Position numbers and translations under genes: made by a program. A DNA stretch of 64,000 nucleotides from Octopus sinensis. Its lineage: Eukaryota. Where the stretch lies: NCBI RefSeq assembly GCF_006345805.1, contig NC_043019.1:24055360-24119359 (forward strand). The letters run 5' to 3'. Below the pieces are notes generated by a model. It did no database searches and was not told the DNA's origin. It saw only the letters and a program-made list of their open reading frames with translations. This document shows, in pieces, positions 40,640 through 53,600 of the stretch (its first letter is position 1; each line of letters opens with the position of its first letter).

Positions 40640-41400
40640 AACTAGTTAAAAAGGACGACACTATATTTAACATTTTTAGATGAGTCAATTAATACTACAA
40701 ATTTTGTGCAAATGTTGTGCCGCTTTTTGTTAGTGCTCTGCTTATTCGAAAATAAGGATTTTCACTGATTTGAAGAACTACTTGTCTTGGGCATTTTTAC
40801 ATGTAGAACAGGTGGAATTGATATTTTTAACAACTTAAAAAATAATTGCTGTGAACTTATACAACAATTTCACATATATTCCACGGGAAAGCTAGAAAGA
40901 TTTATTGTATAGATAAAAACGAAAAACAGTTGTTTGAAGTAGATGCTTTAATTATCAGTTTATTGTATTTTACGCCAGCAAAATATTTACCCGAAATGTA
41001 CTGTAGAAAATGATACTTTGGCTCAGGTGAGATACAGTGTTAACTTTGTCAGAGAAAATGCACACTAATTTAATCTCTGCTATTTCTGCAGCAAGCTTCC
41101 CTGGATTCCGCGCACATATTAAAGTATGTTGCATATTTTAGAGAAATATATTAATCAAAATTGTATCCTTACAGGAGCAGATTGCTAAATTGTTTTGGGA
41201 CAAAATTACAACTGCGATTTGTTAAAAAGTGGATTTCTATAGGTATATAAAATTTTTGTGTGATAGTATACCTTTAGAAGCAATGAAAAACTACTAAATT
41301 TATACATTATGTAGTGGTAAACCCAGTCATTTCGAAAAAAATGGTGAAGGTTTTCAACACAGTTCTGACGCAAATAGACATTTCTGGTGAACATTCTCCT
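40640..41400 (+). mobile_element. hAT (Charlie/Spin-like) transposase relic
   Basis: LDESINTTNFVQML..FEELLVLGIFTCRTGGIDIFNNLK resembles the LDESTD..AQL and EELL..TTG.DIF blocks of hAT transposases; right boundary is a guess. Confidence 0.5.
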
Positions 41401-41969
41401 CAACTTGGAAAGATAATCATTACCGATAAAGCTTCACGTGAATTATTAGAGACTATATTGCTGATATAGACTTATTACTTCTAAATATAATGTAAAATTC
41501 GCTTCATTTGTAAAGCGTCATAACTATGAATATTGGCTTATATATTTGCGCATGTTTGTGTGGTTTTCTGTGCTCGGTTGACTGAAAATTTACAAAATAA
41601 TCACTCATAAAATCTGTGCATTATTATGTCATCTGTTAAGGTAAAGCGTGCTTATCTATAAAAGTGTCCACGGCTGATTCTAAAGAAGCTCACATGGTCG
41701 CAAATCAATGCTTGTTGTAAGCTACAATTCATATTTACATTCACCGAAAGTAATTATAAGTGTAGGTAAAGAAATATAAAAGAGTAGAAATGAATATAAA
41801 ATTGGCAAAGACCTAAACAGATGAGCTTTATAGGATATTAAATCAACAAAAAAATTATTCCAGTTAATTGATTTCCCTCAACAATCGTGCAAATTTCAAA
41901 AGCCAGCTCAGGACCCCCGAAAACCGCAAATTCCCTATTTGGGGTGCGACATTTCTTATAGTGGTTAAG

Positions 41970-42021
41970 TTACTCTTTTATTCGTTTCAGCCATGCGGTT
42001 GCAACATGCTGGAGCAACACC
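41970..42021 (-). mobile_element. Isolated SINE-B/LINE 3' tail
   Basis: Minus GGTGTTGCTCCAGCATGTTGCAACCGCATGGCTGAAACGAATAAAAGAG. Confidence 0.7.
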
Positions 42022-42043
42022 ATGGGAAAGAAACATCACTGTT

Positions 42044-42127
42044 TGTCAGAAGTGGGATTCGAACCCACGCGGGGAAGACCCGACTGCGACCTGAACGCAG
42101 CGCCTTAGAACGCTCGGACGTCTTGAG
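42044..42127 (-). pseudogene. tRNA-Leu(CAG) pseudogene
   Basis: Minus CCGAGCGTTCTAAGGCGCTGCG-TTCAGGT-CGCAG, variable arm, GTGGGTTCGAATCCCACTTCTGACA; anticodon at 42093-42091. 5' acceptor strand CTCAAGA pairs poorly with TTCTGAC. Confidence 0.85.
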
Positions 42128-42439
42128 TCCTAAAGGTGCTAAAAAATTTGTGTACAATTCCTAAGACAGAAGAGGGGTGGGGTTGAAACAAATTCCTGAA
42201 CTTATCCAATGTTTGAAAATGTTTTATTTCAACAGCCACATTCGTTTAGAATTATTCCACTGCATAGGATCGATATCACAGTCAACTGAAAAGCGTGAAA
42301 TGCGTAGTTTGGATTCCGATAGGAGTAGAATTTTTTTTAATTGTGGCACTTGTAGACGCCTGATAACCACTCAGATCAGCATATTCATACATTAATGCGT
42401 GTGTGAATGTATACATGTATACATACATCCATCCATACA

Positions 42440-42532
42440 CATACATACATACATGCATACATACATACATACATACATACATACATACATACATACATAC
42501 ATACATACATACATACATACATACATACATAC
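42440..42532. repeat. (TACA)n microsatellite
   Basis: Direct reading. Confidence 0.95.
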
Positions 42533-43396
42533 ATCGCACTGTAAAAGACTAACACACGATATTGAGATTATATGGATTTTATTACATTTCTAGGTAATTT
42601 GACATCAGGAAGATGTCAGTGACCCACAACAACACTCTCTTTTGAAAACACAAGGATTGCATTTAGAGTTCGAATTCGTTCACTTTTCGCGAATTTGGTA
42701 ATGCACGCGAACGCATTTTTATGAAAAGTATAATGCACATGCAAAACGTTGATTCACTAGGTATAAAAGAGACTCAAATTTACCACCCTACCATTCTCCC
42801 CTCCCCCAATTTTTTGAGTTGGACGGTGTAAGTTTTTATTGTACGTTGAACTGATTGTTATTTGTTGAATTGCTGTTGAACTGTTTGTTTGGTAACACTT
42901 TGTTTTACTGTTTTGTGGCAGAGCTGTTAACGTTTCCCCACTTGTTTGAATGGGGAAATTTGTGTGTGTGTTAAAATGATATGCTCAAGCATTAGTTCTG
43001 AGCAAAAGTTTGAGCAGTAGGTACAGAGACCGAACAAAGTAATGACTTCAAAAAAAACGACTCGGGTAATGTACACAAGGATAACAAAAAAGACTCGGAT
43101 AATACAAACAAGGAATTTTAAAAAGTTATTAATTTTGTGGCGGTAGCCGGTGTAACTAAAGAGGAGTTAACTATTGAGAAAAATCAACTAGATAAATACA
43201 AGGGATTGTTACAAAAGGAGGGGCACGAAATTAAGTCGACCCTCTCCTAGTGAAATAACACACAACATTGTAAGAAAAACCCTTTGTCTATCCCCTCTGT
43301 GTTAGTCCCTTGTGGACAAATAAAAATCAATTCGCTCCCCGCATTTTTTTGAGTTCGGACGTGGTGTTTCAAAGCTCCAAGGTTGGTATGCTTAAT

Positions 43397-44405
43397 TATT
43401 GGGTTGGCAACTAAGTTCCTGCCGTTTTTATTGGAATTTATTGCGTTTTTAAATTTTGGAATTTATTTTTTTCGGGAATTCTATTTTGAATCATTTTGGA
43501 ATCTATTTTGTTGTTTTTTACCTAGTTAATTTTAGTTAATTTTTGTTTATTTTCAGATTATTAAAATGGAATGTCAAGTTAAGAAAAACGAGCATTTTCG
43601 ACAGCTCCTTTTTACTTTTAATCAAGGTTCTAAGGCCGCAAAAGCTGCTCGCGACATTTGTGCTGTGTATGGAGGGGGTGCCATAGCTGAAAGAACCACT
43701 CGTGATTGGTAAGCCAAGTTCAAAAATGGAAATTTTGACCTCAGAAATGCACCTCGTTCTGGCCGTCCAGGTGAGTTCGATGAAGAGCAATTAAACCGAC
43801 TTTTGCACGAAAATTCTCGTCAAATGACAAGGCAGAGAAAATGGAATGCTCCCACACTGCTATAGAGAAGCATCTTCCCTCGATGGGAAAGGTTCAGAAG
43901 TATGGAGTATGAGTTCCGCATGCTTTAAGTGACAACAACAAAAATCAACGAACCACAATCTCCGCTGGTTTGCTTGCTCGTCACCGCTCAACTAATGGAC
44001 GCAAGCAACAATTTCTTTACCAAATTGTTACTGGCAACGAAAAATGGTGCCTGTGGATCAATATGAAGTAGCGTAAGGAATGGCTTAGCCCCGGTAAATA
44101 AGCAACACCGCGCGTGAAACAAGATCTTCATCCGCGTAAAACGATGTTGTGTATATTGTGGAAGTGGGAAGGTATTATCCTTTACGAATTGCTTGAACGG
44201 AACCAAACGGTCAATGTAGAACTCTATGTTCAAGATATGGAACGACTCAACACGGCTATTCAAGAGAAAAGACCTAATCGTCCGCATGGAGTTCTTCTGC
44301 ACGACAACGCCCGCCCTCATATCGCCAATATGACCAAGGAAGCCATTCAAACGCATGGCTGGGAAGTGCTGCTACACCCGCCATACTCTCCTGATTTAGT
44401 ACCAT
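43397..44405 (+). mobile_element. Mariner element: 5' TIR plus transposase pseudogene, 3'-truncated
   Basis: TA+TTGGGTTGGCAACTAAG TIR; ATG at 43566 (MECQVKKNEHFR); RSGRP, *VPHAL, TG(N)EKW, HDNARPH, HPPYSPDL; stops and frameshifts; ends just after YSPDL with no 3' TIR seen. Confidence 0.93.
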
Positions 44406-45462
44406 AAAACCGGTTCCTTATTTCTGCCTGATTTCGTTCAAAAATCACTGATAAGGGATTCATCTACACTAACTTCTACAGAAAAGCGGCATGCTGGAAT
44501 CCTATTTGTATATTACAATTCATCATTACCTATGTGGTTCAAGAGAAGCTACATAAGAAATAAAATCTACAGGGTAGGCAGTAATACAACGAGGCAGGAG
44601 ACAAATGATCAGCAAATTGCAATGCCGAAAATTCCTTATGGATAATAATAACAGTTATAAAATTGTACATGGAGTAGAAAACATGTAATATGTCTTCTAT
44701 TAGAAATTCTTCAGACAGGGAATCAGATAATACATTAAATGAAACATACATAATAGTGAATAGATAACATCAAAAAGCTTTCCAATCTCCTGTTTTGAGA
44801 CATAATTACTCCGCAGAAAATATTTTCCCGTAGTTTCAACTTTTATGTATACCTCACACAAATATAATATATTCATACAGATGTGCTACAATCTGATATG
44901 CTACAAGAGGACGCAGTTTGGATTTTAAGTATATTTGTATGAATATGTATGTAAGTATATAGTTAAAAAGGTACAAATTGTTAAGCCCTCAATTTTTTTC
45001 TTTTTCTCTTTGATTTCTAAAAATTCTATATAATATTATATAAGCTGGATACATCGAAGCCAGTTATGTTTTAAATTTCTCACTGTAACAAAAATATTAA
45101 ACATTCTCTAAAATATACTTGATTATTTTCTTTATTTACTTTTTCAACTACAATTTTTGATTTGTATAGACTCTTAACACCTTTTCAACTCTATGTATAT
45201 TATATATATATATATAAATGTTTGTGTATTTTTCAATGTGTACAAATAACAGGGGAAAAATACCAGGGTAGCAAAAATTTGCATAAATACCAAGGATATT
45301 ACAGCCTACTTACAAAGGTAGAAGATCCAGGGTTTGGTACAATGTTTTTGAATACCATAGATAAATTAAGAAATGGAGTTGAAATCTTTACAATTCCGAC
45401 ATATATTTCGAAGAAAATATTCCTGAGGGATTAACACCTGTGTTTAACTCTATATCTTAATT

Positions 45463-45531
<69 letters not shown>

Positions 45532-45674
45532 GTGTGTGTGTGTGTGTGTATAGCAAAAATTTAGATTCAAATGAATATGGTACTTAATTTAGATGCACCA
45601 GAATTCTGTATGGTGTTATCCATAAAAATCCGTGGGGTGATTATAATCAAAATAAGCAACAAGAATGACTCCGG

Positions 45675-45767
45675 TAATTTGGTACGATCGTTTCGTACTA
45701 CATCATTTTATTAAATGTTGTAAGTATTACAACAGTTTTAAAATGCAGAGCACTCATCAGCCAATTA
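45675..45767 (-). ncRNA. Type I hammerhead ribozyme, apparently intact
   Basis: Minus: UAAUUGG-CUGAUGA(45760-45754)-helix II GUGC/GUAC extended by CAUUUUA/UAAAAUG and UGUUGUAA/UUACAACA-GAAA(45694-45691)-C-GAUC-GUA(45685-45683)-CCAAAUUA; palindromic helix III ACGAUCGU. Confidence 0.8.
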
Positions 45768-45911
45768 TACAGGTTTTCCATTAATACAAACATTTTCATA
45801 TCAAGTGGCAACATTATAGAGAAGGTAGATATATATCTTTGTCTATATATCTACCTTCTCTATAATGTTGCCACTTGATATGAATATTTTTGTATTAATG
45901 GAAAACCTGTA

Positions 45912-46004
45912 TAATTGGCTGATGAGTGCTCAGCATTTTATAACTGTTGTAATACTTACAACATTTAATAAAATGATGTAGTACGAAACGATCGTGCCAA
46001 ATTA
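45912..46004 (+). ncRNA. Hammerhead mirror copy with non-cleavable GUG triplet
   Basis: CTGATGA 45919-45925, GTGC/GTAC, GAAA 45985-45988, CGATCGT, then G at 45996 (position 17). Confidence 0.65.
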
Positions 46005-46032
46005 CCGGAGTCATTCTTGTTGCTTATTTTGA

Positions 46033-46124
<92 letters not shown>

Positions 46125-46129
46125 CCTTT

Positions 46130-46325
46130 ATCTTTACTTGTGACTTTACTGGCGCGGCTTTCTGGGGCATCGCCTGAAGGATTTTTACTCGAATAAATCA
46201 ACTCCCAGACCTATTTTTTAAAGCCTGGAACTTATAGTTTCTCTCTCATTTGTTGAACCATTAAATTAAGGTGACGTAAACACACCAACGCTGGTTGTCA
46301 AGCAGTTGTGGGGCACACACACACA
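46130..46325 (-). mobile_element. SINE family B, 3' partial
   Basis: TTTTTAAAGCCTGG..GACGTAAACACACCAACGCTGGTTGTCAAGCAG as in the other copies. Confidence 0.65.
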
Positions 46326-46749
46326 CACATGCACACATACACATGGGAGAGGAAGTAAGCGTAGCTTTGATAGTGAGGTGCAATACACGGTGGAGGTGCA
46401 AGACACGGTAGTGAGGTGCAAGACACGCTTTCTACCCACAAATGGAAGGGAGGCGAGCATCCACCAAATTCAAAGTTCAGTCGACCACACTTCCCATATG
46501 ACAACTAACAGTAGCGATAGCGTCATCACAGCTCATGAATTTCATTGCAGTTATGAAGCTGAGTTTCCGTTGATTAATGATACTACAACAGTAGCAACAA
46601 GTCTACGAGTACGATCACAATCTACTCTGCTACCACTTCCACTACAACAACGACAAAAATTATGAAAAAGGAAAAAAATTAAACAACTTAAACGGCAACA
46701 ATATTTCCACAGTGAATAAGACCAACAACAATGCATTCACAGCAACGGC

Positions 46750-47800
46750 TGCGAAAGGCACAGAGCTATTTAAAGTGGATATACTGTAGAAAGATGTCTC
46801 GATCCAGCAGCCAGACTGATAAGAATGGTAAAAGGTGCGGACGGATATTGCCACCCCGCACCGAGGTGTTGGCAGAAACGCAGAAAGTTATTTATAACTA
46901 TGTTTCTATAAGCACAAAGAAGCCGGAGACGGCTAGTCAGGCAGATGCGGTAGGTGAACTGAAAGAGATAATGCACCACATTCAGCATGTCTCGAGGGCA
47001 AAACAATTTGCGAGCATTTCAGTGCTCTTCAAGTCTGAAGCTCTGGCCACAAAACACTCTATGACTCGTTGTCAGAGCCAAAAATATGTGATCCACCCAA
47101 CGTATGTAGGAAATGGACGGTGCGGATAAAGATCTCAGGAATTCCACCGGAGATAAATTTATGGTGGATTTTAGAATGTATCGCTTTGGAAAGGAATAAT
47201 AACCTTATGGAAATGAAGCGGATCCGCTGAGAAAATTGGTCTGGGATCTGCGTGGAGGTGTTACTTTACTTTAAACCATACACGATCCATATGATTTCAA
47301 GCCTCATTCACCTTCCAGGAGGAGAAGAGCTACACGTTCCTATTGATGGTAGAAAGCCACGGTGCCACCTCTGCAGACAGCCTACTTGAGAGCTTTCTTC
47401 CCACAATAGAAGACGGAGAAACATGGAGTCCTCCTACTACCAACACCAGGTCCCCAAAACCCTTAACAACCAAACCAGCAACGATAAACAACAAAAGCGA
47501 CACCAACCCGGCAACAACGGCATCATCAGCAGCAGGAGAAGCAAAACCAGTAAATGCTGGAAGAACACCAACACCAGCAACATTACCACCACCACCACCA
47601 CCACCACCACCACCACCACCACCACCACCACCACCATCATCACCTTCAACATCAGAAAGGATAATAATAACGGATACACAGAACACCCAGGGGTTTTCCA
47701 CTCCCTCTCCCTTTCCGCCTCCTCCAAACTCAAATACATTAATAGACTCACACCCTGATTCTACAGACACAGATTCATCTGCAACACGCAATGAAAATGA
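46750..47800 (+). mobile_element. Decayed gag-like ORF1 of a non-LTR retrotransposon (CCHC knuckle, Pro/Thr-rich tail)
   Basis: ISGIPPEI-like segment near 47130; VPIDGRKPRCHLCRQPT (C-x2-C at 47363-47374) broken by a frameshift; (ACC)n 47585-47640. Confidence 0.45.
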
Positions 47801-48259
47801 GTGAAAACCAGAAACAGCAAAAAGAAAGCACAATAATACATCATGCCCCACACCAACGCACTCGCAAAAAGCATAGAAAACTCATCCATAACAGCCATAG
47901 ACACGCCTACCACATCAACAAACTTCCCATCTCAACAAGTGTCAACACATCTTCTGCTATCACAACCAGCTACCACAACTGTAACTGCAACGAAAAGAAA
48001 ACACCCACTACAGCTAAACTAACCACACAAACATAAAACTTCATACTTGTGAGGAGGGCCAACAAAGAATTGATGATCCTCATAGCACGAATGAAGGACA
48101 TCGAGAGAGCGTATTGTCATCGGCATCAGCACCTTTCAAGTGACAGAAATACTGATGATGGTGCGAATGTCTCTAGAAACATAAAAAAAGAAACAAACAT
48201 TAGGGTGAGTTCCCTCGCGACGTGAGAACCTCTAATGTAAATGCTAAGAGTAGATTTTT

Positions 48260-50660
48260 AAGGGGATTCATAAAGGGACCGCAAACCGTTTTAAATCACC
48301 CACGAAGAGAAGGTGGTTGAGACGAGGTCCATTCTGTCTCAGAAAGTGGGATTAAGGCTATAACAAATAACAAAGGTGAACAAAAATCTCTCTAGAAGAT
48401 ACCTCTTTTGATTGTTACCTCGGCTGAGTGCTGGTTGTTACAGAAAAGACGTGTTTTCCAACTAGGCACGCTGTATTTAATCATTGCTTACAAGTTCTCA
48501 GCTATTCCACAAATGTCGAGTGTTTCCAGAATCCACGAATGAAGCAACATGTAGTAAGACTTTTAAAGTCTATCCTGACCATGCACAAGTTTTTTTAAGT
48601 ACCGTTTTTAGTTTTTTATTATAACCTTGTCTATCACAAGGGGGTTCTTGGTGCCCTTGGATCCGTTTTGGTACCCCTCTTGTTTTACCGGAAGTAGGTT
48701 GTCTTCCGCAAGGACCGTATATATTTTCCCTGTGAGGATGCCTTTCATCACTTTCAATAAGAGTTTAAGACAAGCGATGGGTCGGTAATTGCCAACCTCA
48801 TTGCCCTTTAACTGATCTTTCACCAACAATATTGTCTTTAACTCTACAATCAATTCTGGAACTGCACTAAACTGTAGCAAATTGTCTAATTGCAACACAA
48901 CGACCTAAACCCTTTAAACCAATTAAACCAGTAGTCTGCTCCTGCCACTTTCCAGTTTGGGAATTTTGATACCTGTGTAATTACATCTTTCGTTATCATG
49001 CGCGCATGGTCCTGTCGTGGAGCCTCGGGGAAATGAAGTTCGGATCACACGGAATTAAACCACCCAACACCGTGGTAGTGGGAAATCTCTTTCCCTAGAT
49101 GTTATTCCAAAATTGGCAGCTTTTCTCTGCTTCGTGAGGTATATTATCTTCTGTATCTCCCCCTAAGCTCTTAAAACTGCCTCTGGTTATTTGAGAATAA
49201 CCTGTTTTGCTGGAACTGCAATAGACGATCCCCGTAGCGTTGCATCTTCAATGTTTTGCCCGCACATGTTGTTTTAGGGTTTCGATAACAGTTTTGAATC
49301 CTTTCTTTTCTATTTGGATGTTTCCATTGTCCTTTAGACTATTCTCCTATGTGAGTCAAATCTTTAAGCAAGATTTTAATATCGCCTTCAATTCTTCGCT
49401 TCCACCATGACTCCTTCTGTCTGCCTGTTTTCCTCTCTTTCTTTTCATCCAGTTCGCCTACTAAAGCTGAAGTGGATCTAATCAAGTTCTTTGTTTTCGA
49501 TAAATCTTTGTTAGAATGTATTTAAGTACTCCTTCAACCTTTTGCATTGCGCGTTTCACAGTCGAAGCATCTCAAATCCACCGGTTGGGTCGCTGTTCTT
49601 GTAGCTAATATATCTTCGAGTCGTATTATGAGGTCTTTCTATTCCTTAGTCATATCCTCTCGTAATACAGAGTTCTCCACATTATATTGATTGATAGGCC
49701 TCTCCTCTACTACAAATCCACCTTGCCTACTCATTCACTGATTTATACCTACATTATCCTCCTCGAGGTTATCCCCACTGCAGAAGCTTTTCCCTGATTG
49801 TCCGAATATGGGCCTCATCAAGAATCATTCTTCTGTGATTCATGAACCCATTTTCAATAATCTGCAAATACCCAGCTGGTTCCAAAATTCTAATGATCTT
49901 TTTCCGACCACTTTATATTTCCCATTGTTCTTGTCTAGCATGGTTTGTTGATGGCGCTTAATTGCCTTTTTGCTCTTTTCGACAGACCACTTGCGGTTGC
50001 GAGTTCGTTGCATATTTTGACCATTAAAATGGATACGACTGGGTGGAGTCTTGTCTTCCACTCCATTACCCTCCGAGGTCCCCTGCCGAGTGCGGGAGAT
50101 CTGGTATATTGCACATCCAGGGGAGTCTTCCTGTTCATACTGTTATTTGGTTTGGTATTAGTTGTCATCATTTCAACGAATGCAAATGATTTCTACAGGG
50201 TTTGCTCACCGGGTGTGTTTATTTAAGATTTTCACATAAAGTGTCAGCCCAAATACAACCAGCTCTAACTTGGTTGTCGGTCAAGACTTACAGACGCCAA
50301 GTTTGCCCTGTACAACTTACTGCAGGACTCTCACAAATGCATAAGTCACACCGGCCTATGCAAGACAGGGTTGGCTCCAATTCCCTGTGCTGTTCACATG
50401 GACAACCGCATACATAGTTGCACTATCCGATGTGCTATTTCTCTTGAATAACTCACCTCTGGTGACAGAGGTGTTTCGTTCAACATCCTTAAACAGACCT
50501 TATTTAAGGTGAGATTTGAAACAGATTTAACAGCTCTTTCTATCAAGTCGAATGGGTTCTCAGAGAGTTCATTGTCCACTTGCAATCTTCTTCGGTGGAC
50601 AGGCTCAACGTATGAAAAAAAAAAGATCGTTGCTTTTGTCCTTACGTCTGTAGCCACGCT
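48260..50660 (-). mobile_element. R4/Dong-type element 5' half (putative 5' UTR, N-terminus, RT), decayed
   Basis: Minus GNYRPIACLKLLLK, GTKNPLVIDK, HSWILETL, KRGIF..SPLLFVIALIP, NHLLFVGDLK. Extension beyond ~50180 is inferred. Confidence 0.8.
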
Positions 50661-50677
50661 AAGTGTATTTAACGTTG

Positions 50678-51190
50678 TTTCTTCTTCTTCTTCTTCTTCT
50701 TCTTCTTCTTCTTCTTCTTCTTCTTCTTCTTCTTCTTCTCTTCTTCTTCTTCTTCTTCTTCTTTTCCTTTTTCTTTTTCTTTTTCTTTTTCTTTTTCTTT
50801 TTCTTTTTCTTTTTCTTCTTCTTCTTCTTCTTCTTCTTCTTTTTCTTCTTCTTCTTCTTTTGCTCCTCCTCCTGCTCCTCCTCCACCTGCTCCCCTTCCC
50901 CCCTTCTCCCTCCTCTCCTCTCCACCTTCTCCTCCTCTCCACTTCCTTCCCCTACTCCTTTTCCCTCTTCCTCCTTCCTCCCTCTTCCCTCTTCCTCCTT
51001 CCTCCTCCGCCTTCTTCTTCTTCTTCTGCTCCTCCTCCTCCTCCTCCTCCTCCAGCTGCTGCCCTCTCCATCCTCCACCTCCTCCTCCTCTCCACCCCTC
51101 CTCCCCTCAACCTTCTCCTCTCCTCCACCCCTTCCCTCCTGCTCCTTCTTCCCTCTTCTTCCTTCATCCCTCTTCCCTCTTCCTCCCAGA
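50678..51190. repeat. Polypyrimidine tract: (CTT)n, (CTTTTT)n, (CCT)n
   Basis: Direct reading; about 510 bp almost all C/T on plus. Confidence 0.95.
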
Positions 51191-52559
51191 CAATACAGGT
51201 ACCAGAAGTTGTTCGGCGCATCATCACATCCTTTCTTTCCACCTTGTTGGCTTGTGACTAGAACGCAAGAATCGTAAGTCTTGGAAAAATTGGTTTTAAC
51301 AGATTGTGTACATACTGTACATACTGTTAAGATATTAATGGACTTCTCGTGCTCTACCAAAGCAATGTTTCCATTCTTGACAATTAAGTTTGCACGTGCT
51401 TTGGCAAGCCAGTTCGGTATGTTTACTTTCCATAGATTTTTGATACCTCGTATGTATCAGTGACTCCCTCTTTGTATATGTATATATGCATATATATTTG
51501 TGAGTATTTGGGTGTGTTTGTGAACCTGTATGTGTGAACGTGTATCGTATTTTACATCAGCGAGGAAATAGAAAAGTTAGTGCTTCTGCAGTGAAATACC
51601 CTATTATATTTGTTCTACACTGAAATATACAGAACTCAGTTGACACACTTGCCGCCTATAAATGCGTTGAGCAAATGATTGGTCGTTTGAAACCCGAAAT
51701 TAACGACAGTATTCTTCACCAACTGCGAAATAAAGAAGGAGATAAATAATTGATCAGCTTAATAACGATTCAAATTATGTTTAAAAAGTAACGTTATCTC
51801 TATCATCGGTAGTCGATAAATATACGTAGTGGTACATTAAGGTCGAATCAATTCGACGCCCCTTCTCTGTAATAATTTCTCCAGGGACTAAAAAAATCTA
51901 TCAATGTACGTTTGAACATTCCAAAGTAACACAATATTGATCTAATATTATAAATTGAGATTGTGTGATGTATATTGTTGATCTTTTTCGCTTCGATTGT
52001 AGCATGTTGTCCGTTGTTATATCCGACGCTTTATGTTTTTGCCACGTCACACTCGTCAGCTCACATGCACAGATACACAAACACGTATATATTCATTCTT
52101 TTACTAATTCCAGTATTTTGAACTACGGCCATATTTTTGGCAATCCTTTCAATAGTTTTCAGGCGATTCAGTCCAGTATTTAATGTTACTTATTTTAATG
52201 AACGGAATGTATCAAATGGCTGACTTCTTTTCGACGTAAAGTTGAGTAAGTCTATATCTCTAAACCACAGAGTATTTTAGTTCAGCATATCGATTTACAC
52301 CGAGAGATGCGTAAATACAACGGGATTCGGGGCAGTGGCTTTATGGTAAGATCCTTACAGTTAGACGCAGCCTAGAACGACATGGTTGCGAAGCAAACTA
52401 TTCTATTTCTCACAAACATGCACACACATACACATACACACACACATACGCACGCACACAAACATGCACACACGTACACACACATATACACACATACATA
52501 CACACGTACATACAGGCCTAGAATACATAACCAAAGAAGTCGCACAACTTTACCGCAAC

Positions 52560-53600
52560 GCATCATCAGATGAAAGGATGAGCCTATATGAGAAGAGGAC
52601 TATGCATGGATATGTCAGTAGAAAGCCCCAAGATGATAGTGATATTGATCATCAAAGCAGTCTATTATGGACCAATATCCGGATTACTACCTCATACTTT
52701 GGAGGGTATGCTTTTGCAATCCAGGAACAGGAAATATCATCCAAATATCATCCAAACACAAAAAGGATAGTGATGCAGGAAAAGCAGTAAAATGTGACAA
52801 CCGATGCTGACTTTGTGGAGTTAACACCGATTATATCACCCACATTATAAACAGTTGTCCGAAAATGTCATCACGGTATAATATACCATGATGCTGTAGC
52901 TAGGACACTCTATAACGAAATACGTCGGAAGGATAACCCCGATGACAAAGATATAAGAACCCATAATATGGTAGAAGCTATAGCCGCTTATAATAAAAAG
53001 AGTACTTGTAGATTGTCCCAGTCAAGACCTCAATAAAATGTAAGCACAACAGACCTGATAGAATGATATCGGATAGAGAAGAGAAACTGTGTACAGTTGT
53101 GGAAAGTAGTTGCCCAGCGGTTGTTGATAAAACTGATGACCAGTGAAAAAGATATACCTACACTTAAATATTGAAAAATTTGCAGTTACTCTATCCAGAT
53201 TACAAGTTCAGGTTTATAGCTGTAATTATTGGGGCACTGGGATATGTTGCACACTTCCTAAATACCAATCTTCAGAAATTAGGCTTTTCAAAACCAGAAA
53301 GGAGAAAGCTAATTCGAAGACTGCAGATCCAATCCATCATTGGAACTGTAAAAACCTGTAACACTTTCCAGAAGTTTATCATTTAAATATATATGAGCAT
53401 GTCTAGATATGCAACTATATGCATGAGCATGCATACGTAAAACAACACATCCAAATATGCACAGATAAATATGTACATACATACATGCATGCAAAAGTAC
53501 CCTGTTGTTGATGTTGAAATTCCAACGAAGGAGTTTTGGATCTAGGTTAAAAACCAGCTCTTTCTCTATTGGCAAGGAATCTTGAAAAAAAACTGAACAA
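52560..53600 (+). mobile_element. RLE-type non-LTR retrotransposon 3' end (different family) ending at (TACA)n
   Basis: GYAFAIQEQEI, CR.C...HI...C..M....Y..HD, YPDYKFRFIAVIIGALGYV; 3' UTR runs into (TACA)n 53603-53665. Confidence 0.78.

Larger units (their letters stand above)
45647..46032. repeat. Palindrome, 189-bp arms, 8-nt loop, hammerhead on each arm; putative Penelope-like/retrozyme derivative
   Basis: Paired positions sum to 91679 from the loop (45836-45843) to both ends; right arm runs into (TA)n 46034-46115; left arm extends ~100 bp further to (TG)n/(TA)n. Confidence 0.93.

Noticed and set aside
42044-42127. Functional tRNA-Leu gene
   Set aside because: Acceptor stem has multiple mismatches and the D-loop GG is altered
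46378-46430. Three ~20-bp direct repeats (GAGGTGCAAGACACGGT..)
   Set aside because: Short local slippage with no further structure
47330-47851. Pro-rich (+) and Gly/Val-rich (-) ORFs as host genes
   Set aside because: Built around (ACC)n and continuous with a frameshifted gag-like relic
48152-48185. CTGATGA...GAAAC
   Set aside because: Weak helix II, no NUH or helix I
50394-51360. Longest ORFs in the track (182-250 aa; poly-K/R/E/L/S)
   Set aside because: Translations of the CTT/CCT simple-repeat tract, open in several frames
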